A DNA stretch of 64,000 nucleotides from an uncultured delta proteobacterium (GTDB taxonomy: Bacteria; Myxococcota_A; UBA9160; UBA4427), in assembly GCA_963822965.1 (NCBI GenBank), contig CAWGJT010000010.1:1024001-1088000 (forward strand), read 5' to 3'. The position numbers were made by a program, and so were the translations under genes. The notes under the pieces are model-generated. The model was not told the origin of the DNA. It was given only the letters and a program-made list of their open reading frames with translations, and made no database searches. Below are positions 19,446-29,500 of this stretch, one piece after another (the stretch's first letter is position 1; every line of letters begins with the position of its first letter).

Positions 19446-20177
19446 GTGGCCGTCGACGACGTTCGGATCGTCCTGATCGATCCGCAGCACCCCGGCAACA
19501 TCGGCGCCGTCGCTCGCGCGATGAAGACGATGGCGCTGCACCGGCTCTATCTCGTCCGGCCCGCGAAGTTTCCCGACTACGACGCCGGGCGGCGGGCCGC
19601 CGGGGCCGTCGACGTGCTCGAACGCGCCGTGGTGGTGGACGACGTCGCCGAGGCCATCGGCGACTGCCCGCTGGTGATCGGCAGCTCGGCCCGGACGCGG
19701 GCCCACCCGCTTCCGGTCCTCGACGCGCGCGAGTCCGCCCGCATGCTCGTCCGGGAGGCGGCGGCCGGCGCGCCGGTCGCGGTTCTCTTCGGCCCCGAGC
19801 GAACGGGGCTCTCGAACGACGACCTGGACCTGTGCAACTTCCGGCTGCGAATCCCCACCGGCCGGGAGTTCAAGTCCCTCAACCTCGCCGCCGCGGTACA
19901 GCTGCTCTGCTACGAGGTGCTGATGGCGTCTCTCGCAGACGAGCCGGCCGGGCCGGTGGACGAGCGCGATCGCGAGTATCCGAGCCAGGGCGACATGGAG
20001 TACTTCTACCGGCATCTCCAGCGTACCCTCGACGCCCGCGGCTTCACGGCCGACAGCCGGCGCGCCGTGACCCTCGCCAAGCTCCGGCGTCTCTTCGGTC
20101 GCGCGAGGCCCGCCGTCGGCGAGCTGAAGCTCCTGCACAGCCTGGTTCGCCTGATGCATCGCGACCCGAACGAGTGA
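19446..20177 (+). CDS. trmJ: TrmJ/TrmH family tRNA 2'-O-methyltransferase
   Basis: PQHPGNIGAVARAMKTM, FGPERTGLSN, SLNLAAAVQ. Confidence 0.9.
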   Translation: MAVDDVRIVLIDPQHPGNIGAVARAMKTMALHRLYLVRPAKFPDYDAGRRAAGAVDVLERAVVVDDVAEAIGDCPLVIGSSARTRAHPLPVLDARESARMLVREAAAGAPVAVLFGPERTGLSNDDLDLCNFRLRIPTGREFKSLNLAAAVQLLCYEVLMASLADEPAGPVDERDREYPSQGDMEYFYRHLQRTLDARGFTADSRRAVTLAKLRRLFGRARPAVGELKLLHSLVRLMHRDPNE

Positions 20178-20210
20178 TCCCCTTCGAGGGCGACCCCGAT
20201 GGGAGGCTCC

Positions 20211-21014
20211 TCAGCTTCGGCGGCGCGCGGACGAGCGCTTTCGCCTGCGCCGTGGCGTTCTCCTCGAGGGGTGGCCGGCTGCCGCTTCGGTGCCCCTGGA
20301 TGGGAAGGGCCAGCTCTCGCGCACGAACTCCGCGAACGCACCGGCCATCGCGGGCGGCAGCACCGGATCGGGTCGACGCGAGACGACCAGCGCTCCCGAG
20401 TCCACGCGCGGCACCGGTCGGAAGGCGCTCGCAGGAATGCGCTGCCCGAGCCGAAACTTCCACCACGGCGCCCACGCCGTCGAGTGCAGCGTGCTCGGCG
20501 GTACCGCGGCGCGCTTCCGCGCCACCTCCCACTGCACGATCAGGTCCGCCCGCTCCAGAGGGAGCAAGGGATCGTCGAGCAGCTTGTGCAGGACGTCGGT
20601 CGTGCGCCCATACGGAACGGAGGCGACGACGCGGAAGGGCGTCTCGGGCAGCGCCATGACCAGGAAGTCGGCTTGCACGACCCGAACCCGGCCCACCGCC
20701 TCGCCGCGCGGGTCCTGCCCGAGGTCGCGGCGCCCGCCCCTGCCCCGCTCCAGCCGTTCTCGCAGGCGCCCGGCCATCCACGGATCGATCTCGACCGCGA
20801 GGACGTCGACACCACGGGACGCGAGCGCGAGGGTCAGGGCACCGTCGCCGGCCCCGATCTCGACGACCAGCTCGCCCGGACGCAGCTCCGCCTCGGCGAC
20901 GAAGCGTTCGGCAAACTCGGGGCGCAGGAAGTTCTGGCCGAGCCTACGCCGTCGGTCCCCCGCGCTGGCCCGTCTCGCCCGCTCGCTCCGCCCGGCTCGA
21001 GAGCCCGCGGACAC
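20211..21014 (-). CDS. Erm-like rRNA adenine N6-methyltransferase
   Basis: RRRLGQNFL, VEIGAGDG, FRVVASVPY, QWEVARKR, AFRPVPRVD. Confidence 0.8.
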   Translation of the reverse strand: MSAGSRAGRSERARRASAGDRRRRLGQNFLRPEFAERFVAEAELRPGELVVEIGAGDGALTLALASRGVDVLAVEIDPWMAGRLRERLERGRGGRRDLGQDPRGEAVGRVRVVQADFLVMALPETPFRVVASVPYGRTTDVLHKLLDDPLLPLERADLIVQWEVARKRAAVPPSTLHSTAWAPWWKFRLGQRIPASAFRPVPRVDSGALVVSRRPDPVLPPAMAGAFAEFVRESWPFPSRGTEAAAGHPSRRTPRRRRKRSSARRRS

Positions 21015-21033
21015 GGATGATCACCGTCAGCAT
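20944..21033 (-). CDS. Putative erm leader peptide (29 aa, MLTVIIRVRGL...)
   Basis: ATG 7 nt after a TATCTT -10-like box; RVR motif overlaps the erm GTG. Confidence 0.45.
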   Translation of the reverse strand: MLTVIIRVRGLSSRAERAGETGQRGGPTA

Positions 21034-21233
21034 GGCGGCGAAGATAACCCGCCGACGCACGCATCGCTCGCCCCGGCCCTCCCGACGGGCCCTCGCCGCG
21101 TCCGCTCACCGTGGCGAAGCCCGGACCACCCTCCTCGCCGCGCGGATGTGTCGCGCGCCACGCGCGAAGGGTGCGCCGCCTCACGAAGATGCGGCTCCTG
21201 CCGACCGATACGCGAGGACGGGAGGTAGTCCCC

Positions 21234-21563
21234 ATGCGATACGGACTCCTCGCACTCGCCGTCGCCGCCCTCGGCATCGCGCTGTACCAGGGCTGGCTCA
21301 CGCGGGTCTATGACCACGCGACCACGGCAGCGCTGACCGAAGACGCGCGTCTCGCGATCGACGTCCGCTGCCGGGGAAGGGAAGATCGCGCGGCCCGCGA
21401 GTGCCGCACCATGCTGAAGAAGGTCTTCCTCTCCGGCTCGCTCGAGCCGGACAAGGTCCTGCGCGCCTACTGCGAGTCGGTCAAGGACGCGCCCTGGGGT
21501 GGCAGTCCGCCCGCGCCGCCGGAGCTCTGCGTCCGGCGCTACGGCGGCTGGCCAAAAGGCTGA
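21234..21563 (+). CDS. Hypothetical exported protein with 4 Cys
   Basis: GGAGG RBS, hydrophobic N-terminus. Confidence 0.65.
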   Translation: MRYGLLALAVAALGIALYQGWLTRVYDHATTAALTEDARLAIDVRCRGREDRAARECRTMLKKVFLSGSLEPDKVLRAYCESVKDAPWGGSPPAPPELCVRRYGGWPKG

Positions 21564-21662
21564 GCGACGGCGACGCGAAGCGCCTTTGCCCCGGCCAGAC
21601 CCACTCCCGGCGCCCAGGGAATCCGCTGCGCTCGTGAGATCGCGAGCGCCGAAACGCCTTCC

Positions 21663-21739
21663 TGGCGCCCCCGACAGGACTCGAACCTGTGACCTCCGGT
21701 TTAGGAAACCGCTGCTCTATCCACCTGAGCTACGGGGGC
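21663..21739 (-). tRNA. tRNA-Arg(CCU)
   Basis: GCCCCCGTAGCTCAGGTGGATAGAGCAGCGGTTTCCTAAACCGGAGGTCACAGGTTCGAGTCCTGTCGGGGGCGCCA; cloverleaf with encoded CCA. Confidence 0.97.
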
Positions 21740-21785
21740 GGCGGGGCGTAAGCTAGCGGATCGACTGTCGATTCAACACGTGGAG

Positions 21786-22592
21786 TCAGTCTCGGTGCAG
21801 CTCGATCCCGAGCTGCACCGAGAGGGACTCCTGCGGCTTTGCCTTCGAGCGGCGGCGGTGCGCGTAGCGGAAGTGCTCGTCGAAGAGCGGGACGTTGACC
21901 TCGATCCGGTTGGGGTCGCCGAAGTATCGGGTGTAGACCGTCCGCAGCCCGAGCGAGACGCCGCCGAGCAGGTCGACGTCGAGGGGTGCCGTCAGCTCGA
22001 AGCCCGATCGGAGGCCAGGGAACCACCTCCGATCGATCGTGGTGCCGTTGGGGAGTGCGAGACCGTAGGAGCGGAGGAGGTGCCGATACTCGCTGCAGTC
22101 CGGGCCCAGGAAGGCTCGGAGCCGAAGTCCGTCGAAGAGCGCGCCGAGCCCGATCTCTCCGCCGAGCTCGAGGCCGACGGACCGGAGCAGCGTTCGCTCC
22201 ACGTCGCTGCGGTAGGAGATCGAATCCATGACCACTGCGGGGTCCGACTTCTCGCTGTCGTGCCCCACGATCTCGCGGTACGCGAGGGCGACGGTCGGTC
22301 TCACCCCGTACCACTCCGTCACCATCGTGTAGCGCGCGACTGCCTCGAGCTGGCCGGTGGCCGCTGCACCGTTCACGCCGGTCGAGCCGATGGGCTCTCC
22401 GACGATCTCACCCGTCCCCAATTGCCGCAGAGCGTACGCCTTGACCTGCGCGTGGTCCCACCAGCCCGAATAGCCTCCGTACAACGCGATCGAGGCTCCG
22501 CCCGGGTCGGCCGCCGCAGACGGCGTCGGCGCTGCGGCCACCCCGGCTACCAGGACTGCGAGAATCAGCTTCCACGGGTGCGATTCCGGCAC
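21786..22592 (-). CDS. Hypothetical secreted protein, possibly outer-membrane beta-barrel
   Basis: Signal peptide, alternating amphipathic strands. Confidence 0.6.
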   Translation of the reverse strand: MPESHPWKLILAVLVAGVAAAPTPSAAADPGGASIALYGGYSGWWDHAQVKAYALRQLGTGEIVGEPIGSTGVNGAAATGQLEAVARYTMVTEWYGVRPTVALAYREIVGHDSEKSDPAVVMDSISYRSDVERTLLRSVGLELGGEIGLGALFDGLRLRAFLGPDCSEYRHLLRSYGLALPNGTTIDRRWFPGLRSGFELTAPLDVDLLGGVSLGLRTVYTRYFGDPNRIEVNVPLFDEHFRYAHRRRSKAKPQESLSVQLGIELHRD

Positions 22593-22734
22593 GACGTCCC
22601 CTTGGCGCGAGAGCTCTCCTCCGGCACGGTCGGTTCTCCGCACGGGGGGGACTGCCCGGCAGGGGCCAGCATACCCCGAATGCGATCAGGTAACTCGGTC
22701 CGGGCCTCTCGAGCGCTCATGTCCGGCGTGCGAA

Positions 22735-24150
22735 TCAGCGCTCGTAGCCCAGGGCTCGCAGCTGCTCGCGCGTGTCTTCGGAGATCGGCGGAGGTGCGAC
22801 CGTGTCGGCTGCGATGGCTCGCTGCTGTTGGACCAGCGCCTGCAGCCGGTCGTAGGCTTCGCGATGCTCGGTCGGCGCGATGGGATGCAGCTCGCCCGGG
22901 TCCTTGTCGACGTCGAAGAGGACGGTGCCGCTCGCGCCTTCCAGCAGCTTCAGGGAGCCCGCATACGCACCCGCGTCGTAGTCGTCGGGGTCGAGCCGGT
23001 CGCGGGCCGCGTCGAGCAGGGCCTGGCGGAAGGGCGGTCGATCCTCGTGCGGCCGGTCCCAGCGCTGGACCCCGTAGGACCGCGGCGCGAGTGGCTCACC
23101 GCGGAGCGCGGGCACGAGACTGCGGCCCGCGATGTCCTCCGGCACCGGCAGGCCGGCCAGGTCGAGCAAGGTGGGCGCCAGGTCGACGAGTCCGACGCGG
23201 TCCTCGACGCGGTGGGGGAGCGGATGGCGTCCGTCCCAGACGACGAGCGGGACGTGCAGCTCCGAGTGCCAGAGCGTTCCGTGGCCCGGATGGTCGTGCT
23301 CGCCGAGAGCCTGGCCGTGGTCGGCGGCCAGCACGACGACGGTGTCGTCCTGCAGGCCCGCGGCACGAAGTCCGTCGAGGAGCGTGCCGAGACTCCGGTC
23401 GGCCCGGTGAACCATGCCGTCGTAGCGCGTGACGATGGCGCGCGTGTCTTCGGGGTCTCCGATCCAGGCGCCGAGCCCGAAGGGGCCCACCCCCACCTCG
23501 CCGGCGATCGGACCCCGGTAGTCACCGAGCCGCTTCTGGGCCCAGGGGGTGAGTGGATACGGGGCGTGCGCGTCGTAGTAGTGCACCCAGACGAAGAACG
23601 GCGCCTGGCCGTCGCCTGCCTCCTCCAGCCAGCGGAGGGCCTCTTGTGTGGTCTCGGCGGCGCTCCGGCGCCGAGGCGGCCGATCAGCCACCTCGAAGCC
23701 GCGCTGCAGCCCGCTGCGATCGAGCAGGAAGCCGACGCTCACGAAGGCGGCCGTGCGATAGCCGGCGCTTCGAAGCCGTTGGGTCACCGTGGCGATCGAC
23801 GCGGGCAGGGCGTCGAAGTTGGTGCGGACGCCGTGCCGGGCCGGCTCCAGCCCGGTGAGCATCGAGGTGTGGGCGGGCCTGGTCGTCGCGCACGGCGCGA
23901 CGGCGCGGAGGAACGCGGTGCCCTCCCGCGCCAGGCGGTCGGCCCGCGGCGTGACGCGCCCGCGGCCTTCCCACAACTCGAAGCGATCGGCGCGCGTGGT
24001 GTCGAGCGTGACGAGCAGCAGGTTCGGCGGCGCCTCCCTGGCGGGCGCTCGATCGCCGCACGCCAACAGGCTGGCGAGCGCGAGCCCGAAGAAGGTGCCG
24101 AAACGAAGAGCCCGCCGGCCGCGTGTGAGCGGGCTCGTGCACGCCGTCAT
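22735..24150 (-). CDS. Sulfatase-like hydrolase/transferase (alkaline phosphatase superfamily), lipoprotein
   Basis: PNLLLVTLDTTRAD, TRPAHTSMLTG, HYYDAHAPY, ADHGQ; LLAC lipobox. Confidence 0.88.
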   Translation of the reverse strand: MTACTSPLTRGRRALRFGTFFGLALASLLACGDRAPAREAPPNLLLVTLDTTRADRFELWEGRGRVTPRADRLAREGTAFLRAVAPCATTRPAHTSMLTGLEPARHGVRTNFDALPASIATVTQRLRSAGYRTAAFVSVGFLLDRSGLQRGFEVADRPPRRRSAAETTQEALRWLEEAGDGQAPFFVWVHYYDAHAPYPLTPWAQKRLGDYRGPIAGEVGVGPFGLGAWIGDPEDTRAIVTRYDGMVHRADRSLGTLLDGLRAAGLQDDTVVVLAADHGQALGEHDHPGHGTLWHSELHVPLVVWDGRHPLPHRVEDRVGLVDLAPTLLDLAGLPVPEDIAGRSLVPALRGEPLAPRSYGVQRWDRPHEDRPPFRQALLDAARDRLDPDDYDAGAYAGSLKLLEGASGTVLFDVDKDPGELHPIAPTEHREAYDRLQALVQQQRAIAADTVAPPPISEDTREQLRALGYER

Positions 24151-24236
24151 CGCGCACCTCCTGGGACAGGACACTAGCGCCAGGACGCTGCCCGAATCGG
24201 GTCGTTACAGCCAGGCTCGTTCCGACGCTCCGGCGC

Positions 24237-24689
24237 TCAGAACCCCAGCAGGCGGGAGAGCACCCTGCGGTCGTTGACGGTGACGACGACGTGTGCGGTG
24301 CCGCGGGCCGTGCCCAGGAGCTTCACTTCCTCGCCGTAGAGCTGATAGTCGCCGGCCTGGGTCGGATAGAACGAGAAGTAGCGCTTCTTGTGGGCGAGGA
24401 GCTCGGTCTCGTCGACGACCGGCGCGCCATCCGGGTCGAGCAGGCGATAGTGGATCGAGAGGCCCCGGGTCTCGCCCCGCACGGTCTTGCGGGTGGTGAT
24501 CTTCACCAGGTGCTTCTCGCCGGGGCGCGTGATGGCCAGGACTTCCGGGCTCGACCCCTCGCGCAGGCTCAGGCTGCAGGACGCCACCGTGTCTCCGCGC
24601 AGGGCGACGGAATCGACGAGCGCCAGGGCCAGCACGACGCCTCCCAGCACCATGCCCCAGGTCTTGATCTTCGGATCGTTGGGATCCAT
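24237..24689 (-). CDS. Hypothetical membrane-anchored protein
   Basis: GGAGG RBS, N-terminal TM. Confidence 0.65.
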   Translation of the reverse strand: MDPNDPKIKTWGMVLGGVVLALALVDSVALRGDTVASCSLSLREGSSPEVLAITRPGEKHLVKITTRKTVRGETRGLSIHYRLLDPDGAPVVDETELLAHKKRYFSFYPTQAGDYQLYGEEVKLLGTARGTAHVVVTVNDRRVLSRLLGF

Positions 24690-24980
24690 GCGAGCCTCCC
24701 GACGGGCCCGTGTGGCGCTCGGGCCTCCGAGGCTCTTCGACCCCCCTGGCGACACGCTTGAGCGATCGGCCGCCCCTGGCGGCGGCCGAGAATCGCAGTC
24801 TTTGCCGCGTTCGCCGGGTCGCCGGGCCCCGGTCCTCGCGGCGCCCGGGGCGCAATGTCACAGCGTTGGAGCAGAGCGACGCTGAGCTCGTGGCGCCCCG
24901 ATCGAACCGCGTGATGCCACACTCTGTGGCGTTGTGCGGTGCCCAGGAGGAGCCATCCTCATGCAGGAAGGAGGTGGGGT

Positions 24981-25412
24981 ATGTCGATCGGCAAGATCCT
25001 GGTGCTGACGGACTTCTCGCCGTGCTCCGACCGTGCCTTGGGGCTCGCTCTGGAGATGGCGCGTGGGATGGGTGCACACCTGGAGGTCGTCCATTGCTTC
25101 GCGGAGGTGCCGGGCGGACGTGCTCCGGTGGGCTCGGCGGGCCTCGACCCCGCGCTGCGCGAGAATGCGCTGGCGCGCATGAAGGAGCAGGTGGATCGCT
25201 TCGACGCGGAGGGGGTCTCCCTCGAGCTGGACGCACACCCCGGGCTCTACGCGGCGACGGCGATCCTGGACGCGGCTCGCAAGGCGACGCCGGACCTCAT
25301 CGTCGTGGGCACCCACGGCCGGACCGGGCTGAAGCACGCGCTGCTCGGCAGCGTCGCCGAGCAGGTCGTTCACGAAGCCCCCTGCCCGGTGGTGGTCGTA
25401 AAGGCGTCGTGA
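24981..25412 (+). CDS. Universal stress protein
   Basis: ILVLTDFS, LIVVGTHGRTG...LLGSVAEQVV...PCPV. Confidence 0.93.
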   Translation: MSIGKILVLTDFSPCSDRALGLALEMARGMGAHLEVVHCFAEVPGGRAPVGSAGLDPALRENALARMKEQVDRFDAEGVSLELDAHPGLYAATAILDAARKATPDLIVVGTHGRTGLKHALLGSVAEQVVHEAPCPVVVVKAS

Positions 25413-25438
25413 TGCCCCGCCAGGGCGCCGCGGTCTAG

Positions 25439-25522
25439 AGCCTTCAGCTGGACACGTGCGGTAGCACGTGGTCCGTGAAGAGCCTTCAGCCCGCCACGTG
25501 CGGCAGCACGTGGTCCGTGAAC
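25439..25522. repeat. Imperfect 2 x 42-bp tandem duplication of the LLM gene 3' end
   Basis: Units 25439-25480 and 25481-25522. Confidence 0.9.
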
Positions 25523-26475
25523 AGCCCGAAGGTCTTCTCGCTGAGCGGCGAGAGCAGCAGGTAGCCCATGGGCACCTCCTCCTCGAGTCGCTTCAGCTCG
25601 TCCACCACGCGCTCGGGGCTGCCGTGGATGACGACGTCCCGCAGGTAGTGCTCGACCGGATCGATCTCCTCGCCGCCCGGGCGGAACTGGGCCAGGGCCT
25701 GCTTCGAGATGTAGGCCCCGGCCGTCCACTGGGCGCCTCGCCGCGCGATGGCTTCGGCCTCGGCGTCGGTGGGTGCGACCGCCACCAGCCGGCCCATGGG
25801 AATCTGGCGACCGGTCGTCTCGTGGCCCGCCGCGGCCAGGCCTTCGTGGTAGCGCGCGAGCTTGCGGGCGATCTCGTGGTGGGGCGAGTGCGGATCCATC
25901 AGGATCGACAGGCCGCGGCCCGAGGCCCAGTCGATGGCCCCTTCGGAGGTTGCCGCTACCCAGGTGGGCGGATACGGCTGCTGCAGCGGCTTGGGCAGCA
26001 CCTCGACGCCCTGGTACTGGTGGAAGCGGCCGTCGAAGTCGAGCTTCTCGTTCGACCAGGCCGCCAGCACGATCTCCACCGCCTCGCGGAAGCGCTCGCT
26101 GCTCTCCTCGGGCGGCACGCCGAAGACGTTCATCTCGCGTGGATCGAATCCCCGCCCGGCCCCCCAGTTGATGCGACCGCCCGTCAGCACGTCGAGGAGC
26201 GCCACCTCCTCGGCGATCCGCAGCGGATGGTAGAAGGCGGCCAGGGTGACGGCGGTGCCGATGCGCAGGTTGCGGGTGCGGGCTGCCACGTGGGCCGCCA
26301 TCACGTGCACCGAGGGACACACGCTGTAGCCGGTGAAGTGATGCTCGGCGAGCCAGACCGCGTCGTAGCCCGACTGGTCCATCACGTCGATGCGCTCGAG
26401 GGCGCGGTCGTAGACGTCCACGAGCGGAACGCTGCGGTCCCGCCAGCCGAAGAACTGGAGCACACCGATCTTCAT
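25486..26475 (-). CDS. LLM class flavin-dependent oxidoreductase
   Basis: VWLAEHHF, HPLRIAEE, GAGRG, PKPLQQPYPP. Confidence 0.92.
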   Translation of the reverse strand: MKIGVLQFFGWRDRSVPLVDVYDRALERIDVMDQSGYDAVWLAEHHFTGYSVCPSVHVMAAHVAARTRNLRIGTAVTLAAFYHPLRIAEEVALLDVLTGGRINWGAGRGFDPREMNVFGVPPEESSERFREAVEIVLAAWSNEKLDFDGRFHQYQGVEVLPKPLQQPYPPTWVAATSEGAIDWASGRGLSILMDPHSPHHEIARKLARYHEGLAAAGHETTGRQIPMGRLVAVAPTDAEAEAIARRGAQWTAGAYISKQALAQFRPGGEEIDPVEHYLRDVVIHGSPERVVDELKRLEEEVPMGYLLLSPLSEKTFGLFTDHVLPHVAG

Positions 26476-26569
26476 CCGGGCGAGCATAGAGCCCATCTCA
26501 CGAACCCGCTCGGTCGGGGTTCGTGAGATGGGCTCTGGCGTCTGTGGCTGCGCCGTGGACAGCGCGCCG

Positions 26570-29500
26570 TCACGGGCCCGGCGCGACGGGCGCAGGGCTG
26601 CACCACCCCCGCCGCACGTCCCGGGGACGGCAGGGCAGCACGCGGACGGCGTCGCAGCTGCGGAACCAGGCGCCGTCGATCTCTCCCTCCACGCAGGCTC
26701 GGTGCAACCCCGGCTCGAGCCCGGTCTGCCCCGCGTCGTAGAAGACGAGCCGGTCCTCCAGACCGTCGCGGTTCCAGTCATGGAAGCGGTCCGGCGGATC
26801 GGAGAGAGCCGGAGCGCCACCCGGTCCGAAGCGGGTGGTGGCCAGGTCGATGCGCCCGGGGTCCACGTCGAGGGCGCCCCAGAAGACGACGGGCACGGGC
26901 CGGCTGCTGCCGGCGCGCACCCGCCCGCGATAGACGTCGCTGGCGACCGCGGGTCCGGCGATCTCCGAGCGGCCGCTCGGCGCGTGACAGTCCGGATCCG
27001 CCGGATAGTCGGCAACGCCGTCCCCGTCGTTGTCGAGGCCGTCGCTGCACGCGCCCGGGAGACTGCCCGGGGCGTCGGGGTCGGTGAGGAGTGCGCGCTC
27101 GTCGCCGTCCCGCCAGCCGTCGTCGTCCCGGTCGATGCCCATGCGCGGCCCCGAGCCCGGGGGCTCGCAGGTGAACGTGAGCGCCTGCCCCGGCTGCTCC
27201 GCCAGGGCGCGCAGATCCGCGTCGAGCATCGGTGTGTCGGCCTCGCGGTCGGGCACGAAGCGTGACGAGGCCGGGTCGTACCACCAGCCGCGTGCCTCGC
27301 CCGCGACGACGCCGCTCACCACCACGTCGCAGGACATGGGGCCGGGATTGCCGGGAATGATCCAGGGCGTCGCCGCCTGCTGGAGCAGCAGGTCGATGCG
27401 CTGGTCGACGGCCGGCGGGCTGCCGGCCTGCCGCGTGATCTGCTGCCCCACGATGGGCGCGAGGTTGGAGGGGAACGCGAGGACGAAGTCCTCCACCTCC
27501 TCCTGCTGGGCCATGCCCAGGGGAAACTCGAAGCCCGCGGCGCCGAAGAAGGTGCGCACCCCGCCCAGGCTGCCGTGATGGCCGAGCCCGAAGCCGCGGA
27601 TCTGGTCGCCCAGGGTGTCGTTCTCGTCCTGCCGGCGTCCCACGAACCCGAAGGCTCCCACCTTCTCGTAGACGTTGCGGATCTGCGGAATCTTGACGTC
27701 GCCCGGGTCGAAGACCGTGAGCCCGCTGGCGCCGAAGTGCCCCAGCGACTCGTCGAGGTCGTGGCACGAGTCGCAGGTGAAGAAGTCGTCCACCGTGCGC
27801 ACCTGGAAGAAGGTGCGCCGGCCCGAAGCCAGACGACCCGCGTCGCGGTTGTCCAGGGCGCGAACCGGATTCGGGGGCATGAAGATCGTCAGCGCGAACT
27901 CCGCGAACTGCTGCATCTGGGCCTCGGGGATCGGCCCGGCGTCCCGCCCCAGCAGGCTCTCGAAGGCGCCGTTGAAGGCGCGGAATCCCGCCTCCTCGTC
28001 GAAGGCGTCACCGCTCGTCGGGTCGTTGGCGCCCGTCCGGTCGCCCCGCCAGTGCATGGGGCCGTGGTTGCGCATGCCCCGCAAGGTCTGAGTCGTCATC
28101 GGCCCCTTGAGCGGATGCACCAGCGAGCTCGGCTGGGTGTTGCCCAGGAAGGGATTCGGGTTCGGCTGCGCGACCGCGGACGGATTGCCGAGGTTCCACG
28201 CCAGGTCGTCCATGTCGCCCAGCACGTGGCAGGCCGAGCACGAGGCCTCGCCGTTGCTCGACGCGAAGCGGGCGTCGTAGAGGAAGCGGCGCCCCTCGCG
28301 CACCACCGCGGGCTCGGGGTCGGCCAGCGGCACGGCGGCGATCTCCCGGCGCGCCTTCGGGTCGACGATCGAGATGGCGTTGGCGAGGCGCGTGTAGACG
28401 TAGATGCGACCGCGCCGGTCGTCCACCACGAGCCCGGCGGGCCCGTCCCCGGAAAGCTCCACGTGGTCGGCCGGGTCGGGCTCGAAGCGGTCGTCGTCCA
28501 GGGCGGCGACGTCGAAGATGCCGAGCTTCCGGGAGCCGAAGGCCGCCAGGTAGAGCTTCCGGCCGTTGCGCGAGAAGGCCATCTCGTGGGGGGTCGCCAG
28601 GCTCCGGTCCGCGGCGCCGGCGGGCTGGGGAAACGCGTCGTAGTCGATGTGCTTGTTGAGGTGCCGCGGGGTGACGGTACCGTCCGGATCGAGCCGCGTG
28701 ATGCGCGCTTCGTGCAGGTGACCGCGCACGCTGGTCGTCCCCTCCCCGGGTCCTTCGAAGCGCACGTGGTTGTTGGCGGCGGTATTGGCCACGTAGACGC
28801 TGCCGCTCGGGTGCACGGCCATGTTGAAGAGGATCGTGCCCACGCCCGCGAAGGCCTGCACCTCGACGGGCGGGTCGGCCAGGGCGTCGATGGCGAAGAC
28901 GTCGAGGTCGGGCAGGCGGAAGGGCACGGCGCCGTTCCAGTTGCGCCCGATGGCGTCGCGCCAGACGTCGGCGGCGGCGTCGTACTTCAGGATGAGGCCC
29001 ACCTCAGGCGCGGGGTTGCCGGCCGGGTCGACGTTCGGGCCCGGGACGCCCCCCGGCAGCACCGGCGGTGAGCCGATCCCGATCTCGCCCTCCGCCGGCG
29101 GATCGTCGGCGCCGGCCGTCTGCCAGGTGCAGGGACCGCGATCCTCGCCTCCGTCGCAGACCGACTGGGGATTCACGGTGGTGGTGCGGCTGCCGGAATG
29201 GAAGATGCCGACGTAGACGCGGCTGCCGTCCGGGCTCGCCGCCAGCGGCCGGGGCTTGTCGCCGAACACGGTGACGATCGTCTCCGGCCGGCCGAAGGCC
29301 TCTTCGCCCAGGTCCGACGTATCGAAGACCCACACGTCCGCCCGCCCGAGGCCCGGGGTCTTGAGCTCGGCGTTGGCGTTCTGGGGATGGTTCTGGCCCC
29401 GGCGCGCGGCGCTCACGAAGGCGCGCTCGAACGGGCCGCGGCGGTGCCGACGCGGGCCGGCGAAGACCACGTCCCAGGGCGCGTCTCCCACCAGCAGGGT

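Noticed and set aside
21663..21739. Genomic island integrated at tRNA-Arg
   Set aside because: I found no integrase and no convincing duplicate of the tRNA 3' end in the window.
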